Of a stretch of DNA of 64,000 nt, positions 11,841-24,679 are shown one piece after another. Both the position numbers and the translations under genes were made by a program. The stretch covers positions 35,340,001 to 35,404,000 of the forward strand of contig NC_043009.1 in NCBI RefSeq assembly GCF_006345805.1. Reading direction: 5' to 3'. Position 1 is the stretch's first letter; every line of letters begins with the position of its first letter. This DNA is from Octopus sinensis. Its lineage: Eukaryota. Below the pieces are notes generated by a model. It was not told the DNA's origin, made no database searches, and saw only the letters and a list, made by a program, of their open reading frames with translations.

Positions 11841-12543
11841 CTAAATGAAAGCAAACGTGGAGATGATAATGTGAAACTTGATTTCATTCATAGAAGGATT
11901 ACTAAATCTATATATATAAACTCACGTCAGCAACAATATTTGGGTGCTAAATGCTTCAAATTTTCATTAAAACCTCAATGAAAAATAACACAAAGCTGTC
12001 GTTGTAGTTCTTGTACTTTATAATGACAAGTGAGATGTTTGCAGTTGATATCCAGTTCAAATATTAGCTACAGGTTCAAATTCTCCAAGCACGAATGGAT
12101 GAATGCCACATGTTTATCACTCACGAAGATCAGGATCTGTTTGTTATGCTAGAAAGGGCAGGCTTTCTGAAAGGAGTATTTATATTCTGACAGTATTCAC
12201 TGTTGCCTATGGAACTAAATTTCTGAAATAATGAATGTTATTCTCTGAAAATATCAAATACAGACTCACGCTAGACTCTAGAGATTTGAAAATTGTTGTA
12301 ACGATATTAAATCGAATAAAGCCGCATTAAAGAGACGAGAGAAAGAATAATGTTAGATGCTACACAAATTTCCCCTTACATTACAAGAGCAGAATTATAA
12401 CTGTATAATTTGGAGCAAAAGAGAGTATAAAAAAGCACAACTTTACCCTGGAAATATGCAGATTTCTTAAATACAAAGATAAACTCTTGTTGCCCACCAA
12501 AATTATAATGTCTCTTTTCCTCTGCTTTGAATATTTGTATATA

Positions 12544-12597
<54 letters not shown>

Positions 12598-13390
12598 ATG
12601 TGAGTGTATGCGTGTGTGTGTATATGTGTGAGTGTGCAGTGTGTACGTGTGTGTGTGTCTGTGCAAGTATGTATGTAAAGAAGGGCACATCCACTTCCTT
12701 CTGACCAGAGAAATAGAAACAAATTACATTTAGTAATTGTACTGATGTGTAAAGGTAGCTTTTGAACATATTTCCCGACTTTTGGAATAAGCATTGAGAC
12801 CTCTGCGTCAAGATGACAGTACAGATATGTGGCAAATATATTATACATTATCAACAAGATAGAAACATAGATGGCGACAATTACATTTACATATTAATGG
12901 AAGTATCGCCTTAGGATTATGTCTCATAAATTTTTACGAGAGATGCATTTAGTTAGTACACTTATAATATATTAAATTCCATGTAGGTTGGGATTCGTGT
13001 CATTCTGACGAAAATGTCTGTGAAATTACATTCCATAGTGTGAATAGAGATATTTGATTAAACGAATAGATTTTTGTCGATATCGTTAAAGTAGATAATA
13101 TCGCCTATTTTGTTAAAGTAAAGCGTATAAATATTTCTGCTTTCATTTCAAATTCCTTCTTATTTCGAGAAGCAATTATCGAGGTAAGTTTATTGCACAC
13201 ACGCGCGAACACACACACACATACGCACGCACACACACACACATACACACACACACAGACACACACACACACACACAGAGGCACACATACTCACACACAG
13301 AAACTCCGCACACATACATTCTTATATATATATATGTATATATGTATATGTATATGTTATATGTATATATATATATGTAATATATATATA

Positions 13391-13447
<57 letters not shown>

Positions 13448-13453
13448 ATATAT

Positions 13454-13649
13454 GTGACCGCGTGTGTACCGTTGGCGATTTTTTCTCTGTCTTCCCTTCT
13501 CTGGATCTTTCCTTCTCCTATGTTTCCGACGAAGAGCTCCGCTCGAAACGTTAGACCCTCCTTCTTTCCTTCTTTCCTGAGACGTCCAATAATACTATAT
13601 TTGTTCCACGTACTCGCGTTGTTGGTTTTTTTGTGCTTTCATGTGGGAT

Positions 13650-13653
<4 letters not shown>
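13454..13653 (+). mobile_element. Penelope-like-element-derived short repeat carrying a minimal hammerhead-like motif (family A)
   Basis: Inverted near-copy at 43120-43318; motif TGTTT-CCGACGA-A-GAGC-TCC-GCTC-GAAA-CGTT-AGAC at 13521-13556; embedded in (TA)n. Confidence 0.7.
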
Positions 13654-13698
<45 letters not shown>

Positions 13699-13767
13699 TG
13701 TATTATATATATATATATATATATATATTAGATATATAATATATACATATACGTATACACATACATA

Positions 13768-14520
13768 AGACCAAAGTGTACCTTACGCCACTATTGTAGA
13801 TACAAAAGAGGGCAAAAAGTGGGACAAGGACGCAAGAGGCGACAAGACATCCATGCAGTTAGATGATACAAAAAGGACAAGAATAAACAAGCACGGGTCA
13901 TTCGGAGTTTTCTTTCATCAGCCGAGTTCCAGATTATCTTTGCACATTCGGCTGGTTATACACGAGACCGCTCCAATCTGGACAGCCCCAACGAAAATTT
14001 AATCTAAGAGCACTAGATTTCTTGGAAGAAAGCAGTGAATGTCTACGAAAACAAGGACGGAAAAGAACGGAAAAATAGTAAACAAATACAAATGCAAACA
14101 ACAGGTCATTAACAACAGGTGTCTTTTGACTGAGGACGAATTAAATCAAGCTGGCGTGCATGGAAGTGAAGCCTTACGGCAGGGACATAAGAGGTGCCAG
14201 GCATGGGAAGGAATATAGATGTTTCACGGATGGTAGTCGAAGCAAGAAGGAAAGGTCAGGCTTGGCCGAACACCGATAACGTGGTAGGAGAGGAGAGGTG
14301 TAGAAGCAGAGGGATAGAAGAATTAAGGATGGACGAGAAAAAACAAAAGGGACAGAGTGAAGTGAAAGAGGAGGGAAGCTGAGAACGAAGGGAAAGCCAG
14401 GAAATGTGAGAGGGGGGAGCGACAGAAAGAATAGTGGAAAGAACAAAGTAAGTGTGAAGAGGCTGGAAAGAAAGAAAGAAAGAATGAAAGATTAACGCAA
14501 ATTCACACACACATTGAATA
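13768..14520. mobile_element. Dispersed repeat, probably Penelope-related terminal region
   Basis: Reverse-complement similarity to 21690-22295 and direct similarity to 6481-6693 (e.g. GAGTTCCAGATTATCTTTGCA..TTCGGCTGGTTATA). Confidence 0.65.
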
Positions 14521-15276
14521 CGTAGCTTTAGGAGAGAGGGCTAGGTAGTTTTTCTGCTGTTCATCGTAAAGAAACACACGCAAACACACATACAGACACG
14601 CATACATAATTACATACATACATATACATACGTACATACACATATGCATACATACATATATCTACTACAAACCATTTTAAAGTCGCGATTACCTACGTGT
14701 ACGTTTGTAAATGTGTGTATGTGTCACGTGCTATAACTGTCTGTCTCTTTACTTTTGTATTGCCTTCCCTGTTCCTATAACATATTGTAAGATCTTAAAA
14801 ATTACATAAATATTTTCGAATTTGGTATACTGAAATAATTTTCCACGTTAAATCAAATTTTTGTTATTTATTTGTTCCAGTAAAAATTGCCGAAAATTAT
14901 TACAGAGGTTAAAATTTTAATCAAGTTTACCCAATTAGAAAACAGGATTTGAAAGCTGGCATTTCCTTCATGATAGCTGGCATTTTCTGTATGACAGCTG
15001 TTTGTCAGGAAATGAAAGCAAAATTATTGAAGAAACAAAAGCAAATCATAACGATGACCAAAGTTGTAATAACGTCTAAAGTTTTAAAGAATGAAGTAAT
15101 CTGAAATGATCGAACAGACATGTAAATAATTTAAAAAGGAACAAATCCTCAACGAAGTGTTTTGGCGAAGAATTGCACAAATCTGTCCTGATCAAGAGGC
15201 CTATCTGGATATAAATAAAAATTTATATAAGACATCCTACTGTAAAAATTACCTGGCAACACGGGCTATTCAGCTA

Positions 15277-15325
<49 letters not shown>

Positions 15326-15382
15326 AATATTATATTATAGTATATTATATTATTATATTATATATATTAACATATATTATAT

Positions 15383-15422
<40 letters not shown>

Positions 15423-15423
<1 letters not shown>

Positions 15424-15590
15424 CGGGAAGGTTTACGAAAATAAACAAAAGACGAAGGCAGGTGGAGTACAAACAAACAATTGTATTAGTATGGCGCTCA
15501 GGAATAGAAATAAAACAAGTATTTTACGTTTCGAGCCTACGCTCTTCGACAGAAAGATACACAGAAAAGAAACAAGGAGAAAAACAAGAA
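15423..15590 (-). mobile_element. PLE-derived short repeat with hammerhead-like motif (family B)
   Basis: Minus strand TTT-CTGTCGA-A-GAGC-GTAG-GCTC-GAAA-CGTA-AAA (15519-15560); related copy at 48430-48560. Confidence 0.65.
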
Positions 15591-15694
15591 TATTTATTTA
15601 TCCATTTCAGTCACACGCACGCACGGACACACAGATACACACATATTATATTGTGTGCTTGCGTCTGTGTGTTCGCAGATGTGTGTGTATGTGT

Positions 15695-16075
15695 GACTGA
15701 ACTGGATACTCATCGCTCAATAGTAGGCCTTAAGATGAACTGCTTACAAACAAAATACGTGTGGCGCGACGAAAGAAAATACAAGTCGAATAGAGAAGGG
15801 AAAATGATGAAATTAGAGAACATGAGGGATAGAAGAAATTCACTCGATAAATTTTGTGCTCAAATCATAGTCTCACATGACCCTCCTTGTCAGTCACTTT
15901 GATGGATTGTCTTACCCGCGTTCTTATATGCAAGTAAGAGTTAGATGTTGGATTATACGCAGAAAGAAGAACATTGATTGGTTATGAAACAATGGGCCAT
16001 GAAAAGATCCATGCTAGGAGCATTATTACGAGAACATTTTGGAAATGAATTGATTGGAAAGCGATCTAGAAATAA
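15695..16075 (+). mobile_element. Degenerate RTE-clade LINE fragment (late RT/C-terminal region)
   Basis: SIVGLKMNCLQTKY and VLPAFLYAS...QWAMKRSMLG...NELIGKRSR resemble RTE motifs VGLxMNxxKTK and QRAMERxMLG. Confidence 0.65.
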
Positions 16076-16181
16076 ATGGGAGTGAATTTCGGTGTATAAC
16101 AAGCGATAGTGTAGTCGATATAAATATAAATATAATTATAAATATAAATATATATATATATATATATATACATACATACAC

Positions 16182-16241
<60 letters not shown>

Positions 16242-16246
16242 CACAC

Positions 16247-16287
<41 letters not shown>

Positions 16288-17244
16288 ATATATATATATA
16301 TATATTCATAAAAGAGGTTGCAAAATACCACCTGTAATTGCTAGAAATGGATATTGGAATTGTTTAATTGATATAGCGAACAATTTCCGCTGCATTGCGG
16401 TCCATTTTGACTATATCAGATAATATCACTTGATTAATTTTTTTCTTGTCTGTTTAATTTGAAAACTTCAAACAAACAGAAATAAACAGCAGAAGCAAAA
16501 TCATACCATTAGCATAAAATCAGTAGATCGAAATTTGCGCATCAATATGATTTGCTACATGAATTAAGTTAAATTAAATTCTATTGCAAAATTAGAATAA
16601 AAATTTAAATGACAAAAACCTTAATAACATTTGTAGCAAACTAATAATGAAAAGCCGAGGAGTTATATACACACCATACAATACTTTTATGATGTCGGCT
16701 TATTTTGTGGAGAGCAGTTTTAATACAACAGCAAAATAAATGCAAAATATAACACTATACAGATTAAAGAAAACACACAGAGTTGCGTTCAGTTATGTCG
16801 TGAAAGCATGCAGCAGAAATAATATTTTTGAAATAGCAAATAATTAAAATCATTCGTTTTATATTCAGAATAGTGAAGACTGTTAGACATAACACATACA
16901 GTATTTATTAAATACCGCAATAAAAGTACTATTCATATTTTCAATTTCTTTTGTAATCATATTTACTAAAAGAGAAGTTATATCATTTACATTACAATTT
17001 GATAATGAAAACAAGTATTAAGTAAAGCATTTTGCACAGAGAGAATGTTAAATAAACGGCAGTAACTTTGTTAAATTTGTGATGTTCTTCATTTCATTGA
17101 TTCTATATTATATTCATAACGATTTCGTTGGGTTTGAGATTCTGTTAATTGCAAATTAACCATAGCCGTCAGGTGAAAGTGGGAAAATGGGTATCACTGC
17201 ATGAATAAAAAAGTGACTAGTTGGATACACACACATGCACAGAC

Positions 17245-17341
<97 letters not shown>

Positions 17342-17656
17342 ATGGTTGTGGACTTGTGACCCAAAAAGACTGTTGCTGATCGTTAAGAATATTGGGAACT
17401 GGAACAAATTTATACTTTACACTCATGGCTCTGCTGCCAACTAATGAGCTCAATCTTTGATAAACATACACCACGGATTTTGCAAAGAAAGCTTCCCACT
17501 CATTCATTATACGGTGCAGTTTCTAGGAGGTATCTCAAAAACCTGTCACTGCTGACCTGTTTATTTCGTAGCCCGATGAGTTGAGAATTGCGCAATATAT
17601 TACATATTATGGATGTTGAATATACTGTATACTATGATTACGTCACATTAAGACCA

Positions 17657-17696
<40 letters not shown>

Positions 17697-17697
17697 C

Positions 17698-17738
<41 letters not shown>

Positions 17739-17927
17739 CACACAACACACAACACACACACACACACACACCATATATATATATATATATGAACATACAG
17801 AGAGTATGGTAATAATGCTTAATCGCTCAATTGATTGATCAGCTTACCGACCAACTTACGGAAGATTAAAGTTATGAACAATTCTCGTCAGAGCCTTTAA
17901 AGTAGATATCGAACATTTTACAAGATA

Positions 17928-17978
17928 AACTAACGTGGAATGAGATAGTTGATAACTAACGTGGAATGAGATAGTTGA
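17928..17978. repeat. Perfect 25-bp tandem duplication (period 26)
   Basis: AACTAACGTGGAATGAGATAGTTGA at 17928-17952 and 17954-17978. Confidence 0.9.
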
Positions 17979-18140
17979 CAGTTGACATAACAGATTTCAT
18001 CGCATTTATTGTCCCTATGTAATCTTCATCATCTTGGGTGGTATAGATGTTGCGAGATTTTGCTTGTAAAAAACTGTAATGTAAGATGTAAAAATTATGC
18101 TCAGAAATAACATCTGCTTGATGTCTATATATCCATAAGT

Positions 18141-18530
18141 GGAGGCGCAATGGCCCAGTGGTTAGGGCAGCGGACTCGCGGTCATAGGATCGCGGTTTCG
18201 ATTCCCAGACCGGACGTTGTGAGTGTTTATTGAGCGAAAACACCTAAAGCTCCACGAGGCTCCCGCAGGGGATGGTGGTGATCCCTGCTGTGCTCTTTCA
18301 CCACAACTTTCTCTCACTCTTACTTCCTGTTTCTTTTGTACCTGTATTTCAAAGGGCCGGCCTTGTCACTCTCTGTGTCACGCTGAATATCCCCGAGAAC
18401 TACGTTAAGGGTACACGTGTCTGTGGAGTGCTCAGCCACTTACACGTTAATTTCACGAGCAGGCTGTTCCGTTGATTCGGATCAACCGGAACCCTCGTCG
18501 TCGTAACCGACGGAGTGCTTCCATTTCCAT
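18141..18530 (+). mobile_element. Apparently full-length tRNA-derived SINE
   Basis: A box TGGCCCAGTGG (18151-61), B box GGTTTCGATTCC (18194-205), ~390-bp GC-richer body, (TTCCAT)2 tail. Confidence 0.85.
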
Positions 18531-19109
18531 ATTAATTTGTCAGCAAACCATGGCATGTAGTGGATACAGCTTATTGAATAATCTGGGTGGTAACTAAGAC
18601 AATAATATAATCCTTCATTATTTATTTGCTTATTATTATACTCTGTGGTTAATATATCATCTACTAACTAATGAAGAACTTCGAATATAAAACTTGCATC
18701 AGGCACATGGTATATATATACATTCTCTTAGCTGAGATATTATTACTCGGAATGCTTACCATGGTGCTTGTTTAGATATATTTTACCCTTATTTTCTTTC
18801 ACTATATATATATATATTATATATATATTATATATATATTGATAAAAATGGTAAGACAATTATGTAAATAGAGGAATTTATCTGTAAATGTAATATGTGA
18901 CAATTATTCGGCAGCCATGATAAAAGTCCGAGTTTCGGATGCCGAGGTGGAAATCCACACTGCCATCTCTTCAGTTATCCGGCCATCAGAAAAATGCTAT
19001 GAAAATGACCGTTATACAAAGGGAAATTACTGTGTAATTCACACAGTAGTTTTCCACTATTCGAAGCATCACTCTTGCGAAATGATACCTTTTAACACCT
19101 CCGTTGATT

Positions 19110-19310
19110 TTTTTTCCTCCATGAAAAAATTTTGAACGAAGAATTGCGAATGAAAAGACCTGCAGTAAAATTTGTGCCTCGCTTACTCACGGAAGCACAA
19201 AAGCAGTCACCACTGAGTGCGTGTCGTGAACTGAAAGAAAAGTTGATTCAGGCCTTTTTTCGAAGGTCATCACTGATGACGAAAGCTAGTGTTACGGAAT
19301 TTGCCGTAGG
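19110..19310 (+). mobile_element. Mariner transposase remnant
   Basis: ILNEELRMKRPAVKFVPRLLTEAQKQ...SKVITDDESW-like (WVPHEL-linker and first catalytic D region). Confidence 0.7.
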
Positions 19311-21520
19311 CAGCTGAGTGATGATTGACCAAGTGCTTTATATTGACAATGAAACACGAATGTCGGAATGTTTATACGAATACATATGCATGCCAACAAT
19401 ACAAACATCCACATAAAAACATGTCTAGGTCCTGACATATATATACAAACAACATTAAAAAAAAATGTTGGATGCATAATAATAGAATTCGGATAAAAGG
19501 CATGCAAAATTGAACACCCTATATATGTGTGTGTTTGTGTGTGTGTGTGTGTATGTGTGTGTATGTGTGTGTGTGTGTGTGTGTATGTGTGTGTGTATTG
19601 TTATAAATGATAAATTTCAGCATGTGTGATTACGTCTGGATGCATATGTATATCCGTGCCTGTCTCTATATATCTATTTATCTCTGCTATTAAGTATATG
19701 ATATTTCTCTATTATATATTCTCTTGCTACGTTAACGATATATCTTTTGAGTACTTCCATTCACTCAGTATCAGTAACTATACTTATCTGTCTGCACGCC
19801 TCACATCTGGCAAATTAATTTATGTGAGCTTCCATCTCTTTAACTTCTTCGGAGATTTCTAAACGTACGAAATACCACCGGCGAACAACTCCCGAAACTC
19901 TTGTTTTCTTAATTGAAGAACGACGAATTGAATGTCCAATGAATTCATCTTCTGTATATGCCACACAAAAAAGTTATACATGCGTGACATAGAAGAAGAA
20001 ATACTCACTCGCAACACTTTTCAATATTAGATAAAGAATTCCGATGCTTTGAATGGAGCCTGGGGAGTTGATATTCTTGTATATGTCAGTTATATTAAAT
20101 TTGAAGAATATTAGATTACGAAATGTATTTCTAAATCTATTTGTTATAAATTAAGTAATCTCTGTTTGGATCTATATAAAGACACATTTCTGCACTAAAT
20201 TATATATCGTAAGTTTAGGAATATATAATAAGAATATTATGTAAAAAGAAAAATGCTGCCCAGTTAAACAGTAGGACTTGAGAATTGGATACCTTTAGCA
20301 GAGTTCGCTCTGTTGCTAGTATTTAGATGAGGCAGTGATCGCCACCTCTTGATGGATCATGTATTCGTTAATCTCCATAGACTGTGTTCCAGCCATTATT
20401 CCATTCATCGTATCTTACAAACTCACAAACTGCACAGCTTTGTATTCTACGAGACACAAAAAAATTCAACTTGTGTCTATTGTATAATCCGAGTTTGTTC
20501 TTCAGGTACAGTATCAAATTGAACATGCACCGAGAGCACCAATTTACATCTTGTTTTTTTTTTCTCCCATCTGCAATAAGGATATACATTTTCTCAAGCT
20601 CGGACTCACTCCTCCTTCGCCCCTCTACATAAATTCATTCTTGCTGCCTCTCAACTAATGACTTGAATAACCAGCAATACTTCGACCGTATTTCCTCCTG
20701 TATAGAGGACATATATCACACTTCACTCCTTTGTGAAATCATTGCCTCCGGGTAAATTCAATGCTCACAACTTCACGTCTCCTATCATTGGTTTAGCAAC
20801 TGATTCATGTCTACTGTCCTCACATTTTGATACCACTAAATTCGAAACTGAGCTCTGCAACTTATTTAATCACGTTCATGCATATTTGCTTGTTCATTGA
20901 TTTTTCAACAAATCCTCAACTTTCGCTCCTTCAAACTAGAAATGAACTGCTTCTGCACCTACTGAGTCACTCACACAGCACAATTTAGAAACAATAATAT
21001 AAGTAACTAAGGCATGTCCCTGTACATCTCAAACAACAAAACTAAACCTACAATTCCCTGAAGTGGTTGCACTGTGGCAATTCACGCAAAAAATTAGAGT
21101 CAAAACTGCATGATGTTTACACAGTACCAACAAACTTACAAGATCAGTATTTAAATAGTGAAAGATGTTGCTGAGCTTCGGGCAGACCACATTCTCTGCT
21201 GCCTCCCAAATTGCAGCTTATTCTTCTCATCTCTTACCAAAAGTATTTTCGGCAACTTTTCTCCGAAAACTGCTTAGACATAATGGTTCTATTAGCAGTA
21301 TCCCAACGGAGAAACTTCCCACAGTCGGTTTTGGATTGTTAATGAATCTCATCAGTTGGTAGTAGAGTAAAACAGCGCGACAGGTGTATGTCTACCACCT
21401 AAAAAATTCAGTAAGTAAACGAGTGGGGCTTTTCCTGGCGGCTTACGTTTGTTTGAGGAACCTATGAAACTAGAGTTCGCAGACAATTATTAAACAATGT
21501 CGATCTCTCTCTCTCTCTCT

Positions 21521-21600
<80 letters not shown>

Positions 21601-21660
21601 TATATATTACATACATACACACGCACACACACACACACACGCACACACACACACACACAC

Positions 21661-21689
<29 letters not shown>

Positions 21690-21711
<22 letters not shown>

Positions 21712-22295
21712 CTCTTGTTCCCCTTCTTTCACATTTCATTGCCTTCTCTTCATGCTCACTTTCCCTCTTCTTTTCACTTCACTGTGTCCCTGTCATTTTC
21801 CCCGCCCATCCTTATTGCTTCTGTCCCTCTGCGTCTACTTGTCTCTTATCTCTCCACATGACCGGTGTTCGGCCAAGCCTGATCTTTCTTTCTTGGCTCG
21901 GCCGTTGTCAGTGCAACATCTATAGTCTTCTCTGTGCCTGTGAAACCTTGTATCCCTGCCGTAAGATTTTACATCCACACACGTCAGCTTAATATAATTC
22001 GTCCTTAGTCGAAAGACACCTGTTGTTATGTCCTGTTATTTGTATTTGTGTAACTTTTTCCCATCCTTGTTTTCATATACATTCGCTGCTTTCTTCCAAG
22101 GAATCTAATGCTCTTAGCATAGTTTTTCCTTGGAGTTGGCCAGATTAGAGCAATCTAGAGTATAACCAGCCGAAATTGCAAAGATAATCTGGAACTCGAC
22201 TGAGGAAAGAAAACTCCGAACGAGCCGCCCTTGTTTTCTTTGTATCGTCTATCTTTCTTGTATCACCTAAATCTGGATGTTTTGCGTTCTTGTGC
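21690..22295. mobile_element. Dispersed repeat, inverted copy relative to 13768-14520
   Basis: Shares GTGTTCGGCCAAGCCTGA, GTCGAAAGACACCTGTTGTT and AACCAGCCGAAATTGCAAAGATAATCTGGAACTCG blocks in reverse complement. Confidence 0.65.
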
Positions 22296-22317
22296 TATTT
22301 TGTATGTATATATATAT

Positions 22318-22362
<45 letters not shown>

Positions 22363-23699
22363 TATATATATATATATATATACAGCTATCCTCTAAGTTA
22401 AAATGTAAATTTCAATTATAGTAAAATACCTGAGTATAAGCATTTTCCTTGCTCAAGATGAGACCACAAAATCTTTAACTTACATGCTGTAAAAGGCATC
22501 ATAGTTGCACTGAAAATGTTTCGAATATCAATTATTAAAAGAACAAATTAAAAACACAAGCATCATTGTGAAGGGTTTTGAAGGGTTTTTCAAAATTTTA
22601 AAACACATTTTTCGCAGTACATATTTTTTTCGAATACTGAAAATACAGAAAAGAAATTAGAACATTGGCTTTATATTTGTAAAGCAAGGGAAAAGTATAG
22701 AAAAAGTATTGATTTATTTACCCGTCATTAAAACGATATCAATGAAATCTTAATTAAATTATAGAAAACTAAAATAAGTTCTTTTTTCTCTCTCAGAAAA
22801 TATATGAAATGGCCTCAATGTGCCGAAAGGAAGATTGACATCGTTTGAAATTTTTCCAATTACAGGTAGGTTAAATGCCTATATATGCATATATCGATCA
22901 ATTCGAAAACACATGTAATATAGAAATATATCTTGTAAGATGTTTATATAAATATCTTACAAGAGATATTTCTTATAAATACTTTTCAAAGTCATCTCGT
23001 AAACCTAACACATGCCATAGAGCACCTAACGCAACTTATAATATAGTTCAAACCATCGAATACTCTTTCAAAATTAATTTCATTTTCAAATACAATAAGT
23101 CGTTTATTACAAGCGTATTAAGCGTGACGTTTAAGATGCCAGCCAGTATTATAAAAGACAAAGTTTTAAAAAATATCTGCTCGTTGCATGTCGTTCTGAG
23201 GAATTAATCACCTAAACTTGAATTTTCTTTTGATTTCATTAGCGTGCGTAAAAAGAAAGCAGTTTATTAGTCACACCTGGTTTGTCTTCGCATGCTGGAA
23301 TGTTTTCTGGTGCCTTTGTATTGTAATCACTGAATTTCTTATGAGTATTTTTGTTCTAAATGTTGAATGCTCTTGAGTGAAACAATATCAAAAGAAAACA
23401 AAGATTACAAAAAGAGTAGAAGGAGAGAAATGTTGCGGAATCATAACGACTTGCACTGTTAACTTTACAAACTATTATTAACCAATCTGATTAAAAAGTT
23501 AGTATAGAAAATTAAAGTGAGCGTGTTCCACTAAGTCGAACATGCAATATGGAAAATACGTAGAATATATTACTTCCGTATTTCAGCGTTATTCACCACA
23601 CTCTCATTCCATTATCCAGGGGAAAAAACGTTAAATTTTATTGCAATAGGTAACGCCCATGTATAATGCAGAAACTTATTTATCATTCTGATACTCAAA

Positions 23700-24230
23700 G
23701 AGTAAAGAAAGACATATCTCCCCTTGTTCTGACTCTCATTTGGAAATCTTAAAAAATCATTGCGTTGCAAAGGTTTTTCGTGAATATTTCATTAAACATT
23801 TTTTCGCACGGCCTTCAAATATTACTGTGAGAAAAATAATTTGCATCACGAAGCATTTATGATTATGGACAATGTCCATGACCACTCTTCAGAACATGAA
23901 ACCATGCAAGACTTGGTGATTATTGAAGCTGTTTTCAATTCAGATTTGAAATTAATAAAGTGTCCCTCCAAAATTGATTGCTTATTGACAGTTTGCAGCA
24001 AATTGGAATTCCCTGATACCGTTTCAAGTCGGTTTACAATCTTCCACCCGTACTTTCATTATACAGGCCTAGACCTTCGAAATAGTTTCATTTCAATGGT
24101 ATGTTAACACTTTATGTTGGTCGATTACACAAGTAAAGATGAATGTCAGCCCATCAAAGAATGCTGGAATATTACAGTATTATGCAAGTTATAAAAGATG
24201 GTGTTGACACCTGGGGAGAAAGAAAAGATT
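23700..24230 (+). mobile_element. Highly degenerate Tigger/pogo (DDE_1) transposase remnant
   Basis: KVFREYFIKHF...YCEKNNLHHEAFMIMDNVHDH resembles TIGD1-like F.EWF..F...YC...LL.LDNAP.H; IKECW..Y.IMQVIK.GVDTWGE at ~24145. Confidence 0.55.
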
Positions 24231-24632
24231 GTTGAGACACTGAGGTTTGGAAAAATTATATCCAAATGATGAGATGAAACTTATTTAAGTTTACTTTGTA
24301 AGAATGATGCATGCTTACAAGTTAATATATGGAGATGTTCGGGACTAATTCGGTGGTAATAACGATAGCCTCCCATGTAGGAGAGTATAGGACCATATCA
24401 GTTTGTTCACATTATAAGGATAGAACTCTCCTATCACTGGTTTAGTAAAAGATATCATGTCTAAGAGTCATCATGAAATAATTTGTGGTGTTCAAGAAAC
24501 GATGTAGAATTTTAACTAAGAATGAAAATTGAAAGATGTGGAATTGTATCGCTGAATTAAAATAGGAAAGTGTTGGAAATCTGTTAAAAAACAGCAAACA
24601 AATCTCCCTCGCTTCTTGTGTCTTTTTCTCTT

Positions 24633-24663
<31 letters not shown>

Positions 24664-24679
24664 GTATCCACCACAAAAA

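Noticed and set aside
18141-18215. tRNA genes at SINE heads (also 9135, 31806, 50281)
   Set aside because: A/B boxes are present, but there is no complete cloverleaf with acceptor stem and the sequence continues into SINE bodies.
20290-21470. Non-repetitive-looking region that might be an old LINE or exon
   Set aside because: No frame gave a recognisable motif or a clean splice-bounded ORF.
22193-22232. CTGAGGA...CGAA motif in the PLE-related repeat (also CTGATGA at ~13915 and CTGAGGA at ~6620 on the minus strand)
   Set aside because: It lacks the full GAAA, and convincing stems I/III are not conserved among the three copies.
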